The notes under the pieces were generated by a model. The model had not been told where the DNA came from and did not search any database. It saw nothing but the letters and a program-made list of their open reading frames with translations. The position numbers and the translations under genes are program-made. From Ferrovum sp. (GTDB lineage Bacteria; Pseudomonadota; Gammaproteobacteria; Burkholderiales; Ferrovaceae): a stretch of 41,396 nucleotides of DNA. Of this stretch, positions 9,628 through 19,160 are shown piece by piece. The stretch spans positions 1 through 41,396 of the forward strand of contig DAIDKJ010000001.1 of assembly GCA_027450105.1 (NCBI GenBank). The letters are read 5' to 3'. Every line of letters begins with the position of its first letter. Positions within the stretch are counted from its first letter, which is position 1.

Positions 9628-11874
9628 ATGTCAGAGGGCAAACCTTCCATCAAGTTTCTCGTCGTTTGCACCCTGAGGCTGGGTGATGTACTTTTGACGA
9701 CCCCGGTTGCCAGGGCCATCAAACGGGCACACCCCCATGCGGTAATCGACATGCTGGTATTACAAGGGATGGAAGGCGTTCTCGAGGGTAACCCTGATCT
9801 GCGCCAAGTGATTACCGTTCCGCACCGGGCAACCTTCTGGTCACGTTTGAAAGAGCTTTGGCAACTCTGGAAACAGTATGACATTGCGCTGACCACCGTC
9901 TCGTCCGACCGCGCTCGAATGTATTGTTTTCTGGGCTCGAAGTGCTCGGTGGGCTCCTATAATCCCCATAGTTTCTGGCTTTCCGTGGGATTATTGAGTC
10001 GCAAGATCCCATTTGATGACACCGGTACACATACGCTGTTGATGGGATTGAAGCTGCTGGACTTGATTCATCTTCCCAGGGTCTACACCGTCATCCCCCC
10101 CACGGCAGGCGGCAGGCTACCTGCAGCGCTGCCAGCGGGTGACTTTGCCGTACTCCACCCCTATCCCAAATTTCACTACAAGCGATGGACGTTGTCGGGA
10201 TGGATTTATTTGGCCCAATTACTGCAGAGCCAAGGCTTGACGGTGGTGTTAACCGGTGGAAGTACCCTGGAGGAAGTGGACTATGGCCAGCAGATTGCCG
10301 ACGCTTCCAAGGCAATCAATCTTGCCGGTCAACTCCGCTTGGCTCAGACCGCTGATCTCATCGCAAAAGCTAGAATTTTTGTGGGACCAGACACTGGAAT
10401 CACGCATTTGGCAGCAGCACTGGGTATTCCTGTCATCGCCTTGTTTGGTCCCACAAACCCGGTGAAATGGGGGCCGTGGCCCAAGGATTACGCTCGGGAT
10501 ATCAATCCCTGGGCGATGAAAGGATCTGCCCGATGTGGCAACGTGCAGCTCATTCAGGGAGAAGGCGATTGTGTGCCGTGTCACCAGGAAGGTTGTTTCA
10601 GACATCTGGAGTCCCGCAGTAAATGTCTCGAGGGAATCGACCCTGAAGGCGTGGGGCAATATATGCTGGACATGCTGGCCGAGAAGCCGCTCGGCAAAGC
10701 TTCGTTGGATGTTCAGGTCACACCGGTGCCTCGCAAATTCCGTATTGCGGTCATCGTACCCAAATATGGGCTGGTGGGTGGCGGTGAGGGCTTTGCCAGG
10801 GAGGTGACAGAACGGCTATCTTGCGTGTCGGATTTTGACATCCATGTGCTTGCAAGCCAGTGGATACAATCGTCCAAGCGCATTACCTTTCATAAAATCC
10901 CCACGATTGCTTTCCCGCGATTCCTGGGGCCCCTGGGTTTTGCCTGGGCTGCCCAGAAAAAAATCAAGGCGCTGGGATTTGATCTGGTCCACTCCCACCA
11001 CTGGGTCTTTCACGCCGATGTGTTTTCATCCCACGGCATTCCTCACGCAGGCTGGATCAGGCGAGTAAGAAACAGAAGCATTCCCAGCCTGTATGATCTG
11101 GCCTTCTCCTCTGTGGAACATCGGGCACTGGCGCAGGGCATGGATAGTTATTTTTTACCCGTTTCGTCCATCGCCATGAGCGCCTTTCAAAACGAATATG
11201 CCGAACTTCCGGGCCATTGGAACATACTGCATCCGGGCGTGAACTATGCACGTTTTTCACAACCAGACCGCATGGGGTGCCGAATCGCTGTCAGAAAAAA
11301 ATATGGACTTGAGCAAAATGATTTCCTGATGCTTTTCGTTGGGATGAATTTTGAAGTGAAAGGCCTGGAAAGTATCATCTGGTCCTTGTCCAAGGCCCAG
11401 TCGCTGTTACCTTCCAGACGCTTCAAACTCCTGGTGGTCGGGCGAGGCAACCAGGCTAAATTTGCCCGTATCGCAAAATCTGCCGGGGTGGAGGATGCCG
11501 TGACATTTGCCGGAACACAGCAGGAGGGGCTGGAATGTATCTATCGGGCGGCAGATGTTTTCACCTTGTTTTCCACCTTTGACACTTTTGGAATGGTCGT
11601 GCTGGAAGCAATGGCGGCAGGTTTGCCGGTCATTGTCAGTCCCAATGTGGGGGCCAAGGATTTGATTGCGCATGGCATCAATGGCTATATCCTGATGCGC
11701 CCGGATAGCGTGGATATGGCCGCTCAACATCTGGTTTCCTTATCTGATCCGGTATTGCACGAAAAAATGTCACGGGCGGCACAAATCGAAGCCCATGAAC
11801 ATTCCTGGGAGGCCATGTCCATAAAAATGGAAACACTGTATCGACAGATTCTTTCCAAGTCGTCTCGTATGTGA
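9628..11874 (+). CDS. Bifunctional glycosyltransferase: GT9 (heptosyltransferase-like) domain fused to a GT4 domain
   Basis: GT9 part: KFLVVCTLRLGDVLLTTPVARAIKRAHP, GPDTGITHLAAALGIPVIALFGPT and Cys cluster CVPCHQEGCFRHLESRSKC. GT4 part: RIAVIVPKYGLVGGGEGFA and FGMVVLEAMAAGLPVIVSPNVGA. The frame is continuous. ATG 9628 is preferred over the TTG at 9592. Confidence 0.85.
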   Translation: MSEGKPSIKFLVVCTLRLGDVLLTTPVARAIKRAHPHAVIDMLVLQGMEGVLEGNPDLRQVITVPHRATFWSRLKELWQLWKQYDIALTTVSSDRARMYCFLGSKCSVGSYNPHSFWLSVGLLSRKIPFDDTGTHTLLMGLKLLDLIHLPRVYTVIPPTAGGRLPAALPAGDFAVLHPYPKFHYKRWTLSGWIYLAQLLQSQGLTVVLTGGSTLEEVDYGQQIADASKAINLAGQLRLAQTADLIAKARIFVGPDTGITHLAAALGIPVIALFGPTNPVKWGPWPKDYARDINPWAMKGSARCGNVQLIQGEGDCVPCHQEGCFRHLESRSKCLEGIDPEGVGQYMLDMLAEKPLGKASLDVQVTPVPRKFRIAVIVPKYGLVGGGEGFAREVTERLSCVSDFDIHVLASQWIQSSKRITFHKIPTIAFPRFLGPLGFAWAAQKKIKALGFDLVHSHHWVFHADVFSSHGIPHAGWIRRVRNRSIPSLYDLAFSSVEHRALAQGMDSYFLPVSSIAMSAFQNEYAELPGHWNILHPGVNYARFSQPDRMGCRIAVRKKYGLEQNDFLMLFVGMNFEVKGLESIIWSLSKAQSLLPSRRFKLLVVGRGNQAKFARIAKSAGVEDAVTFAGTQQEGLECIYRAADVFTLFSTFDTFGMVVLEAMAAGLPVIVSPNVGAKDLIAHGINGYILMRPDSVDMAAQHLVSLSDPVLHEKMSRAAQIEAHEHSWEAMSIKMETLYRQILSKSSRM

Positions 11875-11881
11875 CGTACCG

Positions 11882-12757
11882 ATGAATATTTCTGTCATTA
11901 TTGTGACTTACCAGTCCCGGGATGTGATCGAAGCCTGCCTGTCCAGCCTGGTGGATGAAAGCCAGGGCCAGGCAGAAATCCACGTCGTGGACAACGCTTC
12001 CAGAGATGGAACGGCTGCCTATGTGAAGACGCGTTTTCCGAGAGTACGGTTGCACGAGAATCGAATGAATGTAGGTTTTGCCGCAGCAAACAATCAGGCA
12101 CTGCGTCTTTGTGATCCCAATGCAGCCTATGTACTGTTTCTTAACCCGGATACAACCATTCGGCCCAACACTCTGCCAAAGCTCGTGGATTTCATGGACA
12201 GACATCCGGAGGTGGGGATGGCGGGCCCGAAAATCTTGAATGTGGATGGCTCGCTACAAGATTCGGTTTCCTACCGTTACCCCGGGCATCGTTTTGCACA
12301 TGGCCACACGGATCATTTGCCTGGAAAAATCGCCAGCGTCCTTGGTGCCTGCATGATCACAAGGCTTGCCCTCATGGCAGAGCTGGGTGGGTTTGATGAA
12401 GACTTTTTTCTGTATGGAGAAGATCAGGATTTATGTTTGAGGGTGCGTTCGCGGGGTTTGACCATCGGGTACGTGGAACAAGTGGAGGTGATGCATCATG
12501 GAGGGAAAAGCGAGCAAGGTACGGGACTTGCGGAACTCACGGCAAAAAAAATCCGCGCAGAATACCTGTTTTATCAAAAGCATTATTCTGAAGAGATCAT
12601 CAAAAGGATCTTTCGCTATCATTACCGGCGCGCCTGTTGGCGTAGCATGATGTATCGCATACCGTTCCCAACAACGGCGCGAAACGACAAAAGACAAAAA
12701 AAGCTGGAAAAATACCAGGCTATACGCGACGCGCTTGAAAAAATGGAACTGTTCTGA
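11882..12757 (+). CDS. Glycosyltransferase family 2
   Basis: MNISVIIVTYQSRDVIEACLSSL, VVDNASRDGT, NVGFAAANNQA and YGEDQDLCLR (GT2 DxD/ED motifs). Confidence 0.88.
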   Translation: MNISVIIVTYQSRDVIEACLSSLVDESQGQAEIHVVDNASRDGTAAYVKTRFPRVRLHENRMNVGFAAANNQALRLCDPNAAYVLFLNPDTTIRPNTLPKLVDFMDRHPEVGMAGPKILNVDGSLQDSVSYRYPGHRFAHGHTDHLPGKIASVLGACMITRLALMAELGGFDEDFFLYGEDQDLCLRVRSRGLTIGYVEQVEVMHHGGKSEQGTGLAELTAKKIRAEYLFYQKHYSEEIIKRIFRYHYRRACWRSMMYRIPFPTTARNDKRQKKLEKYQAIRDALEKMELF

Positions 12758-13832
12758 GGAACGACTGAATTTGGGCGATCGCCGAGTCGGCTGCAAACTC
12801 CTCTAAACATTGACTGATTTCAGAGTCTTGACAGCCCTTGCGATTGCAAGGAATACAGGCCTTGTGATCAGGGTGCATGACTCCCTGTGTGGCCTTCTCG
12901 AGTCGCCACAAGCGCCAGTCGGTGGGGCCATGGAGAGTGAGGCAGGGAATGCCCAGGGCGCTGGCCATATGGGGTGCTGCACTATCCACACCCAGATGCA
13001 GCTGGCTCAGGGAGAGCAACGCGGATAGCTCGGGTAATGTGGTTTTTCCCGCCAGTGAAATGCAATGGCCTGAGCAGGAGTCTGAGAGTGCGCCACAAAC
13101 CTCATGTTCTGCTGCTGTACCGACTAGTACTGTGGGGATTGAGAATTGTGCCCATAACCAGTCAATGACCGTGGACCAGCGAGAAAAGGGCCATTCCTTG
13201 TAAGACCACCGCGAACAAGGGTTGAGGGTGATGAAACCCGGGCTATCCAGGACGTGATGGCACTTTAACAGTTGCTGCATGCGCAAGACAGCGCTTGGGT
13301 CCGTATACAATATGGGACAGGATACGGCTGGATTGATGCCCAGGGCGCGAAGAAGCCGAAGCGACTGGTCAGCCCCTGGGTGTATGGTCTCATCTCCCGG
13401 GGAAGCATCGGTCAGCAGGGTGGTAAACAGCGTGTGATGCCAGAACGGTCGTTCGTCACTCCGGCGTCCCATACGGAGGGCAGCGCCCGATAACCCTGTC
13501 AACAAGGCACCGCGATCTCCTGTGCGCAAGTCGATCGCCCAAGAAAAATGGTTTTGTCGCAGCGCGCACATCAAGCGTAAAGACTGACGGAGCTTCTGCA
13601 TCGAGGAACCCTTGCCTTTTTCTATCTGAAGGATGACCTGTAAGGCCGGATCGTTGGTAAGGATATCGCCAAAGGGTTTTCTGACCAGGATCAGCAGTTC
13701 GCAATCAGGAAAGGCGTGCTTGAGAGAATGCACGGTAGGGGTCGTCAAAACCACGTCACCCAAATCACCCAATTGAACGAGCAAGATACGCTTGGGTGCG
13801 GGTGAAATTTTATCGACGGACATCAGAGCCAT
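12720..13832 (-). CDS. Glycosyltransferase family 9 (LPS heptosyltransferase-like)
   Basis: ILLVQLGDLGDVVLTTPTVHSLKHAFP, GVDSAAPHMASALGIPCLTLHGPT and Cys cluster CIPCNRKGCQDSEISQC. An alternative ATG at 13823 would overlap the upstream GT2 stop as TGATG. The 3' end overlaps the convergent GT2 gene by 38 nt. Confidence 0.85.
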   Translation of the reverse strand: MALMSVDKISPAPKRILLVQLGDLGDVVLTTPTVHSLKHAFPDCELLILVRKPFGDILTNDPALQVILQIEKGKGSSMQKLRQSLRLMCALRQNHFSWAIDLRTGDRGALLTGLSGAALRMGRRSDERPFWHHTLFTTLLTDASPGDETIHPGADQSLRLLRALGINPAVSCPILYTDPSAVLRMQQLLKCHHVLDSPGFITLNPCSRWSYKEWPFSRWSTVIDWLWAQFSIPTVLVGTAAEHEVCGALSDSCSGHCISLAGKTTLPELSALLSLSQLHLGVDSAAPHMASALGIPCLTLHGPTDWRLWRLEKATQGVMHPDHKACIPCNRKGCQDSEISQCLEEFAADSAIAQIQSFLRTVPFFQARRV

Positions 13833-14668
13833 TCAAAGGATTGATGTGTTCTGACCCCGTGTAGCGTCATCTGATAACGGGATAATTCCCGAGCACGATA
13901 ACGGGCCAGCAAGCGCTTACGGCTAAATTTTTCAAGTTTTCTCTGCAACCAGCTTTGATGTAATAATCGATAGTGTGTTCTGCTACCTAAACCCTGGCGT
14001 GAAGAAAGTCCACGTTCCCGTCGGATTTCATTTTGTGTGATAGAACCAAAATGGTGCAGCCAAGCAGCACCCACGCTGCCCATGGGCAGACCTTTTTGGC
14101 GCGCATGGTGAAAAAACAGCGTATCTTCATAACCCCACAGGGAGGGGGTAGGTGAAAAGTAGCCAATCTCTTGCCAGACAGACTGATGGACGGCCATACA
14201 AACCGCGTGAGGAAAACCCGGGCGCAGAGCTTGCAGCATGTGTTGGGCTGAAGTGGCAGCAAAGTCTTCGAAGGCGTAATCATGATCTCCTTCGATCAGG
14301 GCCGGAGAAGCAATGAGCAATCCGTGACGACGTGCTGCGTGAATAAGGGCCTGGAAAAATCCTGCGGGGACCAGCACGTCATTATTCATGATGATCGACC
14401 ATTCTGACTGAAAAGCGAGAGCGCCTTGATTCCAGGCTACACCGCATCCAAGGTTTTGGCGGTTGAGGATGAGTTTGCCGAGGGGATAAGATTGAAGCAG
14501 ACAGACCGTGTCATCGGTGGAACCGTTATCCACAACCACCAGACGCTCCAGGGGGGCGTTATTGCGCACCAGACTTTCCATGCACAATCGGGTGTAAGTC
14601 GCCGCATTATGGCAGGCAAAAGTGATGGAGAACGATTCGTTATTCATTGTTTCAGGAGCAAGTTCCAT
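13823..14668 (-). CDS. Glycosyltransferase family 2
   Basis: FSITFACHNAATYTRLCMESL, VVVDNGSTDDT and NLGCGVAWNQGA. Start chosen at ATG 14668 (MELAPETMNNE), preceded by AGGAAAAA. In-frame alternatives are 14647, 14689 and 14797. Confidence 0.8.
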   Translation of the reverse strand: MELAPETMNNESFSITFACHNAATYTRLCMESLVRNNAPLERLVVVDNGSTDDTVCLLQSYPLGKLILNRQNLGCGVAWNQGALAFQSEWSIIMNNDVLVPAGFFQALIHAARRHGLLIASPALIEGDHDYAFEDFAATSAQHMLQALRPGFPHAVCMAVHQSVWQEIGYFSPTPSLWGYEDTLFFHHARQKGLPMGSVGAAWLHHFGSITQNEIRRERGLSSRQGLGSRTHYRLLHQSWLQRKLEKFSRKRLLARYRARELSRYQMTLHGVRTHQSFEWL

Positions 14669-14989
14669 TTTTTCCTGGGTATAAACCATGGACCCGCTGA
14701 CAGGTTGGCAAATGAAATGAGTGGCTTGTGCCCACGTCAAGCGGAAACTTCGGGTGTGGCCGCCAGACGCCAGATGGGAAAACTCTACGAAAAACATGGC
14801 ACCCCAGATTATATAAGTGAATCTCTATTGCGGGGGAATAAATCTCCCTTCTGTTCAGGAATAAAAAGTCAGTATGTAAGAGCAAGGGTCGGATAGCAGC
14901 AGAAAAGAAGAGAAAAAGAGGTTGGATAAGACCTCAACAGAATGTATTGCCCTGGATAGGAGGTCGGTTGGTGAAGGGCCGAGGCATAT

Positions 14990-16141
14990 ATGAGCGTTGA
15001 AATGCATTTCGATTTTGGCCCGGAGAGTCCGATTGGCGCCTTATTGTCCATTGTGTTGGCTTTGCTCTGCGTAAGCATTTTGAGCAGGAAAACGCAATTG
15101 TCGGGCCCTGTGGCGCGAGTAAAATCAATAGATGGCTTGAGAGGTTATCTTGCCTTTTTTGTGTTTTTGCACCACTGCGCGGTATGGCATGGGTATTTGC
15201 AAAGGGGTAAGTGGGAAGCGCCAGAAACGACCCTATATGCAAATTTCGGCTCGAGCAGTGTGGCATTATTTTTCATGATCACCGGGTTTTTATTCTATAC
15301 AAAACTGATTAAAAGCAGAAACGGTCAGATCGACTGGGGTAGACTTTACTTGGCAAGAGTATATCGTCTGACGCCGGTTTATTTTTTTGTGATTATTATT
15401 CTAGGGGTGATCGTAGCGGTCGAGACTGACTATAGAGCACATGATTCTGTTCTAAACTTATGCAAGTATTATGTGGAATGGCTATTTTTTACGATTCAAG
15501 GAGCGCCAGATATAAATGGATTTAAAAACACGTTCATCATCGTGGCAGGTGTTACCTGGACTTTACCCCATGAGTGGAGGTTTTACGGCATATTACCCCT
15601 CTTGGCGCTTACTCAAGGTGTTCGACCACAATGGCCGTTGCTCGTAATGTCTTCTGCCATCTTGCTTCTCTGGCATCCCCATGGGGCGGTATTGGAGTCT
15701 TTCATTGCGGGTCTGATCTGTGCCATTCTGGTGGAGAAAAAATGGCTTCACGGGCTGGCCGGATCCAGATTGGGTCATTGGATTACCCTGTTGGGGTTGT
15801 TGCTTGGATATGTTGTATTTCCGGAATCGCATCAAGAGGAGGCCATTCTCTTTTTGGCATTGGCATTTTTTCTGATCGCCAGTGGTAATACGCTGTTTGG
15901 ACTAATGGGGTGGAGAGCGTCCAGATTACTTGGGGAAATGACGTATAGTATGTACTTACTTCACGGAATCATGCTGTTTATTATTTTTGGATTTGTCAAC
16001 CGAATCTCTGGGAGTCCTGCTCTAGGTTTGCTGTGGTATTGGAGTATCGTATTGTTGATCATTCCAGTTTTGCTTGGCGCCAGTTATTTGTCGTACCAAT
16101 ATATCGAGTTGCCTGGCATGAAAGCTGCGAATCGATCATGA
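14990..16141 (+). CDS. Acyltransferase family 3 integral membrane protein (O-acetyltransferase-like)
   Basis: SIDGLRGYLAFFVFLHHC signature followed by about 10 hydrophobic segments. Low-GC codon usage. A GTG at 15110 is a possible shorter start. Confidence 0.8.
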   Translation: MSVEMHFDFGPESPIGALLSIVLALLCVSILSRKTQLSGPVARVKSIDGLRGYLAFFVFLHHCAVWHGYLQRGKWEAPETTLYANFGSSSVALFFMITGFLFYTKLIKSRNGQIDWGRLYLARVYRLTPVYFFVIIILGVIVAVETDYRAHDSVLNLCKYYVEWLFFTIQGAPDINGFKNTFIIVAGVTWTLPHEWRFYGILPLLALTQGVRPQWPLLVMSSAILLLWHPHGAVLESFIAGLICAILVEKKWLHGLAGSRLGHWITLLGLLLGYVVFPESHQEEAILFLALAFFLIASGNTLFGLMGWRASRLLGEMTYSMYLLHGIMLFIIFGFVNRISGSPALGLLWYWSIVLLIIPVLLGASYLSYQYIELPGMKAANRS

Positions 16142-17436
16142 ATATCACGATGCTCAAGAATGGACTTATCATGGCCATGGCACTGGCACCCATGGGCATT
16201 TTAACGATAAAGCACTGGATGGATGGCTTATTCATATTGTCCTCGCTCATTTCCATCGTTATTCTAATATCAAGAAAATCTCTCACAGATCACGCTAATC
16301 TGCTTGATATCGTGCGTCAGCCATGGGTCCTTGCTATCTGCCTTGCCATGACAGCGCCCTTTTTGGCCGTTTTGATCAGCCAAGCCATCCGACAGGAGTT
16401 TGAATTATCAAATTTCGATTCTCCATTGAGGTTTTTATTGGCAATACCAATAATTATTGCCTTGCTGGCAACCCATAAAAACCACGTTTTAAAACTGAAT
16501 TATATATTTCCATGCGCCTTGTTATTTACCTTTGTGACGATGCCGTTACTGCCACATAGTGGTTGGTCCGTGGCTCAACCTGGCAGGATGACCAGTTATT
16601 TTGTCGACCCATTGACCTTTGGCAGAATCTCACTCGAGTTGGCTTTAATAGGCTTATTCATTCCATTGGCATCTGCTGATGATAATCAATACCGACGTTT
16701 GTTGATTGCTCTCGTCAGGATTTGTGCCTTGATGTGTGGCTTGATTTTATCCATTCACTCAGGGAGCCGCACTGGATGGCTTGCTGTGCCATTTATCACC
16801 TTGCTTGCGGTGCTGTATTTTTACAGGGTTTCACGGGCCAAAGGGATTCTGCTGTCATTAATCGTTATGGGTGCTTTGGGATACGCGTCGATGCATATGA
16901 ATACCACCATGAGCCGCAGATTTGAGCTGGCCCTGCAGGAGTTCAAAGCCTACCAATGGAATGCAATGAATCAGGATGCCTCGGTTCCCATGAGAATCTC
17001 GTTTGCTCGTATCGGGATTGATTTATTTGAACTCAAGCCAATTGCAGGATGGGGAGATCATGGGTTTAAAGATGAGATAAATGATGAAAAAATGAAAGTC
17101 TATAGCAGTGAATTTACTAGACACTATGTTTTGACGGCCGGATTCCATAATGAGTTGATTACCAATATGGTGCGTTCGGGTGTGTGGGGAATGCTGTCTA
17201 CGTTGCTCATATTCCTTATGCCACTGTTCTATTTTTCCAGGCAATGGGCACAACGCAAGGAAGATATTTACGCATTGTGTGGAATATGTTTCATTGTGTT
17301 CGAAGTTGCTTCCAGTCTGAGCACTGAAGTTACAAATTTGAAATTTACTGCTGCCTATTACGCTTATAATATTGTCTTGTTATTTTTTCAGTCCTATCGT
17401 TTTGGCAAAGGCTCCAATGATTTATCTTCCTGTTGA
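16138..17436 (+). CDS. O-antigen ligase (Wzy_C/WaaL) family membrane protein
   Basis: ATG 16138 overlaps the upstream stop (ATGA). Polytopic protein with HSGSRTGWLAV, GWGDHGF and FHNELITNMVRSGVWG motifs typical of the WaaL/O-antigen-polymerase superfamily. Very AT-rich. Confidence 0.75.
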   Translation: MNITMLKNGLIMAMALAPMGILTIKHWMDGLFILSSLISIVILISRKSLTDHANLLDIVRQPWVLAICLAMTAPFLAVLISQAIRQEFELSNFDSPLRFLLAIPIIIALLATHKNHVLKLNYIFPCALLFTFVTMPLLPHSGWSVAQPGRMTSYFVDPLTFGRISLELALIGLFIPLASADDNQYRRLLIALVRICALMCGLILSIHSGSRTGWLAVPFITLLAVLYFYRVSRAKGILLSLIVMGALGYASMHMNTTMSRRFELALQEFKAYQWNAMNQDASVPMRISFARIGIDLFELKPIAGWGDHGFKDEINDEKMKVYSSEFTRHYVLTAGFHNELITNMVRSGVWGMLSTLLIFLMPLFYFSRQWAQRKEDIYALCGICFIVFEVASSLSTEVTNLKFTAAYYAYNIVLLFFQSYRFGKGSNDLSSC

Positions 17437-17483
17437 CTAAACTCCAGAAACAACAGACATCGGATCTTCAAAACCCACATCTT

Positions 17484-19094
17484 CTAGAATTGGTTGAAAA
17501 ACTCACGTGCGGCAATGGTGCAATACGGTGCAATGGCGTTATGATAGCCCTCTTCCTTCAAAAGCAGCATCATGGAATTCAACGGATTATGATATTCATG
17601 GGCAATGAAGTCGTTTCTCAACATTTTTCCCATCAAGCGCATCCTTTCATTTGTTTTTTCATCAAACCCAGTACTGTTCCAATTTGAGATGGCATCTGCA
17701 CTGTCCAAATTCAGCGTACCAAAGCGTATGGTTCGATGGGTGTGTTTTTGTTGGCTTCTGAGCATGGCTTGCATGGTAGCTGCGCCTTGGTCCCAGAATA
17801 CTTCAGGATCCTTTTGGGCACCACATAGCAAAAGCGGCATGCGCGGCATATAGTTTCGCAGGTCGTTTTTCTTTAAATCCTGACGCATGGGGTTGAGAGG
17901 TCGATCCGCTTGATAGGGCACTTGTCTGGTGAAATCCGGGCGGGAGCCATCTGGCGGCGCAGCGCCATCTGGATGCTGACGGACATCAGAAAGATAGGAA
18001 GCTCTAAAAGTAGATCGCACCAAATAGTTGATGGGATCAAACTCAATGGAATTCATCAAATCCTGGCTCAGGATATCAGGATGTTCAAATCCGGTGGGAG
18101 GTGATTGAAATAGTGCGGTCATCGGAATTTGCTTGTGTTCAACCAGTGATCCAAACCCCGCACGCGGTAAAATTTCAGGAAATAGGGTCACTGATCCGGA
18201 AAACCGAGGGTTTAACAGGAGCGATAAATCAATATTGCCATGCACCATATGGGCATAGGAATTGGCAACCATGGACAGATAAACCGTTGCGCCAAGACTG
18301 GCATGGCCTAAAAAGATTTCGTCAGCCTCCGCTGCCAGAGCGTAGGGGCCTGACAAGCCGGCCCCCGCAGTGGCTGGGCGTTTTTGCTGATCCAATGCCC
18401 GCAAAGTGGCTAGCGCAACATAGCCTCCCTGAGAGTATCCGGTAACGAATAATTGGCTATTGGGCCAACTGGGCCCTTTGAGTAAGGCTAATAGCTGCTG
18501 TCCGGCATTCAGCGCATCCAGCATATCCCGGGACTGCTGAGCGCCATTCAGGTAAGGTGCATAGGATAGTGTTGAACGGTCGTATCCGGCATAGTTGGGC
18601 GCAATGACCAGATAGCCTTGAGCAGCAAAGATGAGCGCGATGCTCCTGGCGGAGCGGAGGGCGGGATTACTTGGGCTGTCGACCGCAGACAGATCCTCGC
18701 GTCGGTCGATGGCCGTTCCATGAGCATACAGAACCAGCGGTCTGGGCCCTTTGCAGACATTGTCCAGACCGCTGGGTATGAACAGTGCTGCTGTGGCATT
18801 GGTGGGTTCACCCAGGCCGCCGATGGTGGCATATTCGTACTTGATAACGGCAATGGCGCAACGCGGGGCTTTGATCCATTCTTGTTGATCTGGTGGATAA
18901 CGTGAAAGCCAATCTTCAGTCATGCCATAGGTGGATTTGGCCGTGACATTGCGCCACGAGATGAGCGTATTCGTGGTTCCGCTCAAGTGCGGTATCACTG
19001 GAGGCATGCCGGCGGCTTGCAGCTGTGAGCTGCAGCACAGACTCAGGCAAACCAGCAGGAAAGCGGCCATGCGGCCGTTACACAGAAGGCGCAC
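17484..19094 (-). CDS. Secreted alpha/beta-hydrolase (lipase/esterase-like)
   Basis: Signal peptide MAAFLLVCLSLCCSSQLQA/AG, oxyanion-type LVLYAHGT and nucleophile elbow GYSQGG. Substrate unknown. An alternative ATG lies at 19070. Confidence 0.7.
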   Translation of the reverse strand: MRLLCNGRMAAFLLVCLSLCCSSQLQAAGMPPVIPHLSGTTNTLISWRNVTAKSTYGMTEDWLSRYPPDQQEWIKAPRCAIAVIKYEYATIGGLGEPTNATAALFIPSGLDNVCKGPRPLVLYAHGTAIDRREDLSAVDSPSNPALRSARSIALIFAAQGYLVIAPNYAGYDRSTLSYAPYLNGAQQSRDMLDALNAGQQLLALLKGPSWPNSQLFVTGYSQGGYVALATLRALDQQKRPATAGAGLSGPYALAAEADEIFLGHASLGATVYLSMVANSYAHMVHGNIDLSLLLNPRFSGSVTLFPEILPRAGFGSLVEHKQIPMTALFQSPPTGFEHPDILSQDLMNSIEFDPINYLVRSTFRASYLSDVRQHPDGAAPPDGSRPDFTRQVPYQADRPLNPMRQDLKKNDLRNYMPRMPLLLCGAQKDPEVFWDQGAATMQAMLRSQQKHTHRTIRFGTLNLDSADAISNWNSTGFDEKTNERMRLMGKMLRNDFIAHEYHNPLNSMMLLLKEEGYHNAIAPYCTIAAREFFNQF

Positions 19095-19160
19095 TGACCT
19101 GTTCTCCGCGTGAACCAGCGTTATGTTCGCGGGTTAATCTGCAGTGTATTCTGAAGCGTC

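Noticed and set aside
8877-9896. 339-codon ORF antisense to ntrX and the start of the GT9-GT4 gene
   Set aside because: It spans a gene boundary on the opposite strand, has no domain signature, and the sense-strand genes are well supported. It is a shadow ORF.
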